Shown here one piece after another: positions 57,830 through 64,000 of a DNA stretch of 64,000 nt. The translations under genes were made by a program, and so were the position numbers. This stretch comes from the human T2T-CHM13v2.0 reference genome, Homo sapiens: the NCBI RefSeq assembly GCF_009914755.1, contig NC_060928.1, one strand, 5' to 3'. The stretch's first letter is position 1. Every line of letters begins with the position of its first letter. A model generated the notes under the pieces. That model worked only from the letters and a program-made list of their open reading frames with translations, ran no database searches and was not told the origin of the DNA.

Positions 57830-58621
57830 TGACAGTGTATTATTAAAAACAAGAAATCTTAGGTACTTTGTGACACATCATAAATTTATAATACAAACAC
57901 AATGTTCATGTTTTTGAAAAATAGGTAGATTTTAAAATGTGGTTTCATAATGCTTTGATGTCAGAGCTTCCCAGTATGTCCTGATGGGAGCGGAGTGAGA
58001 TAAAGGAGGAACAGAGCTTCTCATTTTCTCTCAGCTGCCTGATCCTAGTCTTTTCCAGAATTTCCAAATAAAACATGTTTGCTCCAAAATTAAGTCCAAA
58101 TGTAACTTGATATACAAGTTATCCTTATAATCACTATACTTTTGTTCTATTTTGATTATTAAGTGAGTGATTTTTAAATCGACTTGGATTTCAATACCTA
58201 TTTTGCTAATGAGATTATTCTGTTTTTAGTAGTGTCGAATTATCTTCACAAGAACAAAATATCTGAATCAAATTATAGAAATAAAGGCCAAAATATTGCA
58301 CTGCTACTGACTTCAGGGTTGCTGAATCACTTGTAACAATGAATGTGATATTTTTATCAAAAGGTTCATGGGCAAACCCCAACAATCCCCTGGCAAAGTC
58401 TCAAGATGTCTTTAGTTTAAAAAAAAGTAAGAGGTCTATCATTAGATGCCACAGAACATGAAATCTCACCGAAAAGCAATGAATTTATTGTTTAAAAGAA
58501 TATTCTGCCACTTGGCTTTTTACAAAGAATAGATACACTTTTAAATTCTAAAAATGTTAGAGAACTTTGCTATTCCATACCAAATCATTCTAAGATTGTT
58601 CCTTTGTAGTCTTTGCTATAT

Positions 58622-59155
<534 letters not shown>

Positions 59156-59300
59156 ACACTCCATTATGAGAGTACTTCAGTGCTCTGTCTCCTCAACTCT
59201 ACTCTTCTCCACACTCAACATCAACACATGCTAAAAAGATTTCTTTTCTGGGATATTAGACTTCAGATCTTGCTGATTTAAATAAATCTCACATTTTCAG

Positions 59301-59369
59301 GAATACAACCTGAGCATTATTCAAATAAATTGTATATTTGGAAGTGACAGTTCTAAGAAAATACTGCTG
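59301..59369 (+). pseudogene. Exon, 69 nt ((G)IQPEHYSNKLYI/FGSDSSKKILL), frameshifted
   Basis: cacattttcag|GAA...CTGCTG|gtgagt. Confidence 0.6.
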
Positions 59370-59478
59370 GTGAGTACTGTCTCTTCTATATAGTGAATTC
59401 CTCACTAATCCCAGATTTAAAGCTGATTTATTTCAAAATAAAATGAGTAGTATTTCTTTGTTGTTTTTCATTCTGCAG

Positions 59479-59677
59479 ATGTAAAGACTTATCCAAATCC
59501 CCAGTCAATGGGTTTCTATTTTAAATGACTTCTGATTGAATTACTTACCCTTTTAACTATCCACAGGTGCTCATGAAGAAACCTTTAACCTATAACTAAA
59601 CTAAACATGTGTCATCTAGACATTCCTGAGAGCAGTAGCTTTTTTGGAGGCATTTCTCCTCAGGAGTTCTAATTCAG
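59479..59677 (+). pseudogene. Exon, about 199 nt (CKDLSKSPVNGFLF*MTSD*ITYPFNYPQ/AHEETFNL*LN*TCVI*TFLRAVAFLEAFLLRSSNS)
   Basis: tgtttttcattctgcag|A...ATTCAG|gtaggg. Near-gapless correspondence to remembered FBXO47 WQEMIEEPTDEFSLKGLADAIKLLYD...ADDVISLVDELSVV; five stops and a frameshift. Confidence 0.55.
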
Positions 59678-60519
59678 GTAGGGGCCATTTCACTGTCAGT
59701 CAAAGTGATATTAGACCTGAACACATTCCAGAACAGTAGTGATTATGGCTGATGGAAGTAGACACTTTTGAAATATTCTCACTTGTCAAATCAATTAAGA
59801 AAAGTTTTGGAATCTTATTGCTTAGCCATTTTAATTCAGATAAAAACTTTTGAAAAAGCTAACAGTAAAGTTTCTATAAGACTTTGAAAAAAATCATCTC
59901 TAATTCCTATGCTGGTTGATTATAGTTAAAATAAAGGCTTTGATTTAGAGTTGAATCTACTAGCACCTTTCTTCTGAGGCATTGTTATTAATTAGCCAAT
60001 AATTTGCTAATTGACCTAAGCCAATTGGCTTGCCAGTCACATTTTAAAAATAAAGATTCTATATATTTAAATAGTAATAGTAATGATAATATATTGAGTA
60101 TTTATTATATGTCATAGCATATATTAAGTGCTGTTCCAAATATTGTATACATAAATGAGTTATATATATTATATATATATAATGTGTATATACACACACA
60201 CACACACACACGCACACACAAACTCATTTGTCACTGAAATGACACTGAGATACATATAATAACATTAGTTGCATTTTACAAATAGGAAGCTGAGCCACAG
60301 GGAATTTAAGCTGCTTATTTATGGCCTCAGAGATAGTAAGTGACAGCAGCAGAAGCCAAATTCAGGCAGTCAGCTAAAATCTGAGTTTGGATGCTGGTTC
60401 TTCAATTGACACTCTTTAAAGTAGAATTTTTCAAACCATTCTGTGCATACCAATTGCATTTTAAGATGTAAATTCTAATTCAGTAGATCAGGCATAGGAC
60501 TTCAGAATATACAATTCTG

Positions 60520-60860
60520 ATTTTTTAGTTTTGAAAAATAATGGTGTATATTTAAAGTGTACAACTTGATTTGATATAGGTATGCATTGTGAAATAATGA
60601 CTATAATCAAGCTAATTAACATATTCATTGCCTTACATATTTACCATGTTTTTGATGTAGTGAGCACACTTAGAATCTATTATCTTAGCAAATTTCAAGT
60701 ATACAAACTGTTTTATTATCTATAGATGTTATCTATAGAGAGATGATTATTCTCAAAGTCTTATAGAAACTTCAGTATTAGCATTTTCAAAAAGCTATAC
60801 ATTCTATTAGATCTCCAAGTTTATTCATCTTACATAATGGAAAGTTTGTACTTCTTTCCC
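60520..60860 (-). mobile_element. L1MA/MB 3' end
   Basis: gtatatttaaagtgtacaac...aatcaagctaattaacata...cttagcaaatttcaagtatac. Confidence 0.8.
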
Positions 60861-61015
60861 AGGTGATGTCAATGCTGCCATTCAGGGACTCAAACTTTGA
60901 GGAGCAATTCAGATTAACAAAAATAAAAAAACTAATACAAACTTGGAATTTGTATTGCTGGGGTTTTTTAGATCCCAAAGGGCTCTCAATCTGTGTTCCA
61001 TTTATACTTTTAAAG

Positions 61016-61185
61016 CAGAGGTCCTCAGGATTTTTCTGTAAAGTGCCAGATAGTAAATGTTCAGGTTGGCAGGACATACAGTCTTGGTAATAATCTGAAG
61101 TAGTTATATTGCAATGAAACTTTACTTACAAAAATAGTCAGGGGCTGGATTTGGTCCACTGGCTGTAGTTTGTCAACCTCAGTTA
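61016..61185. mobile_element. MER58A-type MITE
   Basis: tttttctgtaaag.gccagatagtaaat...gctgtagtttgtcaacc. Confidence 0.8.
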
Positions 61186-61604
61186 TAAAGCACATAAGAG
61201 AAAGCTTATTTAAAAGTGCATTTTGAATATAGTGTTCTCAAAATACCAAAAATGTCAAATTATTTGTCAGAGACCATTTGGTCAGTATATGACTCATTTT
61301 TCAGAACCAGTTCAAATCCTACTTTTTCTGGGAAGTCTGACTAATTAGCACTTAATCTAAATACATGCTTAGCTTCATGTACACTTCCCACAGGAGTCAA
61401 AATTAATAAGTACCTTAAAATATAGTAGATATAAATTTAAAAATAAAAACAAATTATGTCTAAGTTGGGAGATCAAGTGTCAGATATTAGGTAGCATTTT
61501 TAGGTTAATCATGAAGCCTGGACAAAATTTGACAGGTTTAATAAAGAAATTCAAAGGGGGAAGAAACAGACGAAACCAAATGTATGTATGTTTATAAAGT
61601 TAGA

Positions 61605-63530
61605 GACTTCTGGTTTCTGGTCAAGCACCTAAGGAGTTTAGAAGTCTTCACTCAGTCCTAGCAAAAGATAAAAAGCTGAACAAACTAAAACATTAAAAAC
61701 TCTTCTTAGCTCCATCAGACAAGTGGGGTCTCAGGACAAATCTACTGCCCCAACAATTGGAGAGATAGGTGCATACAGAGAATCACAGCTTACTGGAGTA
61801 GAAATCCATTAGTAGAAACCTTCATAGCAACAGTGCTGGGTTAGAAAAATCTGAACAGTAGTTGATGGATAGCTGGAGGCTCAGAATGTACAAGTCTGAG
61901 AGTTAAAAACTCTAGGGGGACCCTCAGACTCTTACAACTTTTATTTCCAGGAATTCTACCAGATCCTAACAGTGAATACTGGAGAAAAATCCCCTCATGC
62001 CTCTGGCAAGGGAAGGGGAATAGGAAACATTTTGAAACACACCAGAGAATTCTCTTCTTCTTAATTAGGCCTACCCTCAAAAGAAACTAATTAACCAGAA
62101 CCTAACCTGCTGGGATTATATCAGAGCTTAATCTACCTAAGGGTAGGGAAATACCCAACTGTAGCCCATCTAGTCATTTTGTCTCACCTAATGTGGGGAG
62201 TAGGGAGACTGAGAAAAGTCTGCAGTCCAGAGGCATGGGATTACCGTAAGACTGAGATGTAATAGTAGGACTATACATCACTTCCTGTCCACTCCCTTCT
62301 TACCACTTTATTACTATAAGCCTGTTTATAGAAGTTTCTTTTACCTGGCACAACACATCTACCTTTCAACAAGGTGTAATAAGAAAATTAACAAGAAACA
62401 CTGAAAGGCAAAAGAACTGTTTGAAGCGACCTGACAATCATCAGAGCAATATTCAGATATGGCAGGAATGTTGGAATTATCAGACCAGGAATTTAAAAAA
62501 AAAAAACAACTTAAACTATGATTAAAATGCTAAGAATAGAACACAATGTGCAAGAACTGTGGCATAACTATAAATAGATGTAACTTATACATAATGATAA
62601 TGCTGGAAAGAGAAGAAGGAGAGATAGGAGCTAAAGCAATATGGACGCAAAAATTACAAATTCCCTAAATTAATGTCAGACACCAAACTACAGATCCAGA
62701 AATCTCAGAAAATACCAAGAAGAATAAATGCCAAAAAAGTACATCTAGGCATTTATCATATAAAAACTTAGAAAATCAAAGCTGAAAAAAAATCTTGGGA
62801 GAAACCAGAGGAAAAGAACAGTTCACCTATAGAGGAGCAGAGAACTACAACTGACTTCTCCTGAGAAACAAGGAAGCAAGCAAGCTTGCTGCATAGCAAG
62901 AAGAGAGTGGGATAAAATATTTTAAGTGTTAAGAGATAAAACCCACCAACTTAAAACTCTGCACCTTGTGAGGTTATTCTTCAAAAGTAAAGGAGCAATA
63001 AGGATTTCCTCAGAAAAATAAAAATTAAGGGATTTTTTTTCATTAGTAAACCTGCCTTGCAAAAGAAGTTCTTCATAGGGAAAAAATTATGTAGGTCAGA
63101 AATTCAGATCAACATAAATAAAGGAAGAGCACCAGAAAATGCATAAGTAAAGGTAAAATACTAACTTTTCTTTTCCTTAGTTGATCTAACAGAAAACAAT
63201 AATAATAATAGCAATAGTGTATTCAATTATGTACACATATATGTGTGTATATATATATATACATACACATATATATGCATGCTTATGCATATGTGAAATG
63301 AATGTAACAATACTATAAGGACAGAAGGGAGAAGCTAGTAATATTTTGTTATTATAAGGTACTTGGCTTACCTACGTGGTGATATGGTGTTATTTGAAAG
63401 CAGGTTTGGATTAATTGTAAATTTATGTTGCAAAATTCTAAGGTAACAACTAAAAAAGTACAAAGAAAAAAAGTATAATTAACATGCTAAGAAATGAGAG
63501 AAAATAAAATCAGAAAATATTCAAACTGTA
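61605..63530 (+). mobile_element. Old L1M 5' region / ORF1 remnant
   Basis: ccaaactacagatccagaaatctcagaaaataccaag...ttattcttcaaaagtaaagg (ORF1-like). Confidence 0.75.
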
Positions 63531-63539
63531 AAATATATA

Positions 63540-64000
63540 ATGTGATCTAATTTGTCCATTTTTACTATGGTTGGCTGTGGTTTTGAGGTCTTATTCAAGA
63601 AATCCTTCCCCACACCAATATCCTGAAATGGTTCCCCGATGTTTCATAGTTTCAGGTATTAGATGTAAGTCTTTAATTCATTTTGATTTTATTTTTGTGT
63701 AAGGTGAGATAGCAGTCTAGTTTCATTCTCCAGCATATAGATATCCAGTTTTCCCCGAGCTATTTGTTGAATAAACTGTCCTTTCTCCAATGCATGTTTT
63801 TAATACCTCGGTCAAAAGTGAGTTGAATGAAAATGTGTGGATTTATTTCTGAGTTCTCTATTCTGTTCTATTGGTCTATGTGTCTGTATGCCAGTACTAC
63901 AATGTTTCGATTGCTATAACTTTGTAGTATAATTTGAAGTTTAGTAATGTGATGACTTCAGCTTTGTTCTTTTAGCTCAGGGTTGCCTTAGCTATTCAGG
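63540..64000 (-). mobile_element. Antisense L1 (L1PB/L1MA) ORF2 3' part, runs off the window
   Basis: atatccagttttcccc...ttctattggtctatgtgtct...tttgtagtataatttgaagt. Confidence 0.88.

Noticed and set aside
59512-59566. Apparent intron splitting the last exon (gtttct...ccacag)
   Set aside because: Only 55 nt with a weak donor, and the read-through translation aligns without gaps to FBXO47, so it is treated as exonic.
63500-63560. Sense/antisense L1 junction as a twin-priming inversion
   Set aside because: The two parts look like different-age subfamilies and the far end lies outside the window; independent insertion is simpler.

Overview
This is AT-rich, CpG-poor primate (very likely human) genomic DNA, roughly half interspersed repeats: about 14 Alus, old L1M fragments, MaLR/ERV solo LTRs, hAT MITEs and one HERV-H provirus on the minus strand (47067-52442). 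I see no intact protein-coding gene, and most ORF-track entries are Alu/L1/LTR artefacts. Two things stand out. (1) A chain of about 12 small plus-strand exons (3638-59677), mostly with good splice sites and largely compatible phases. Their joined translation is collinear with F-box protein FBXO47 as I recall its sequence, but carries many stops and frameshifts, so this is a candidate decayed, unprocessed FBXO47-like paralogue. (2) The HERV-H has only a 5' LTR, stops at the polypurine tract, and is still bounded by TGTC...GACA ends and a perfect ATTAC target-site duplication, which suggests integration of an aberrant one-LTR cDNA. Several local templated duplications are also visible. Repeat family names and the FBXO47 comparison come from memory, not from a search.
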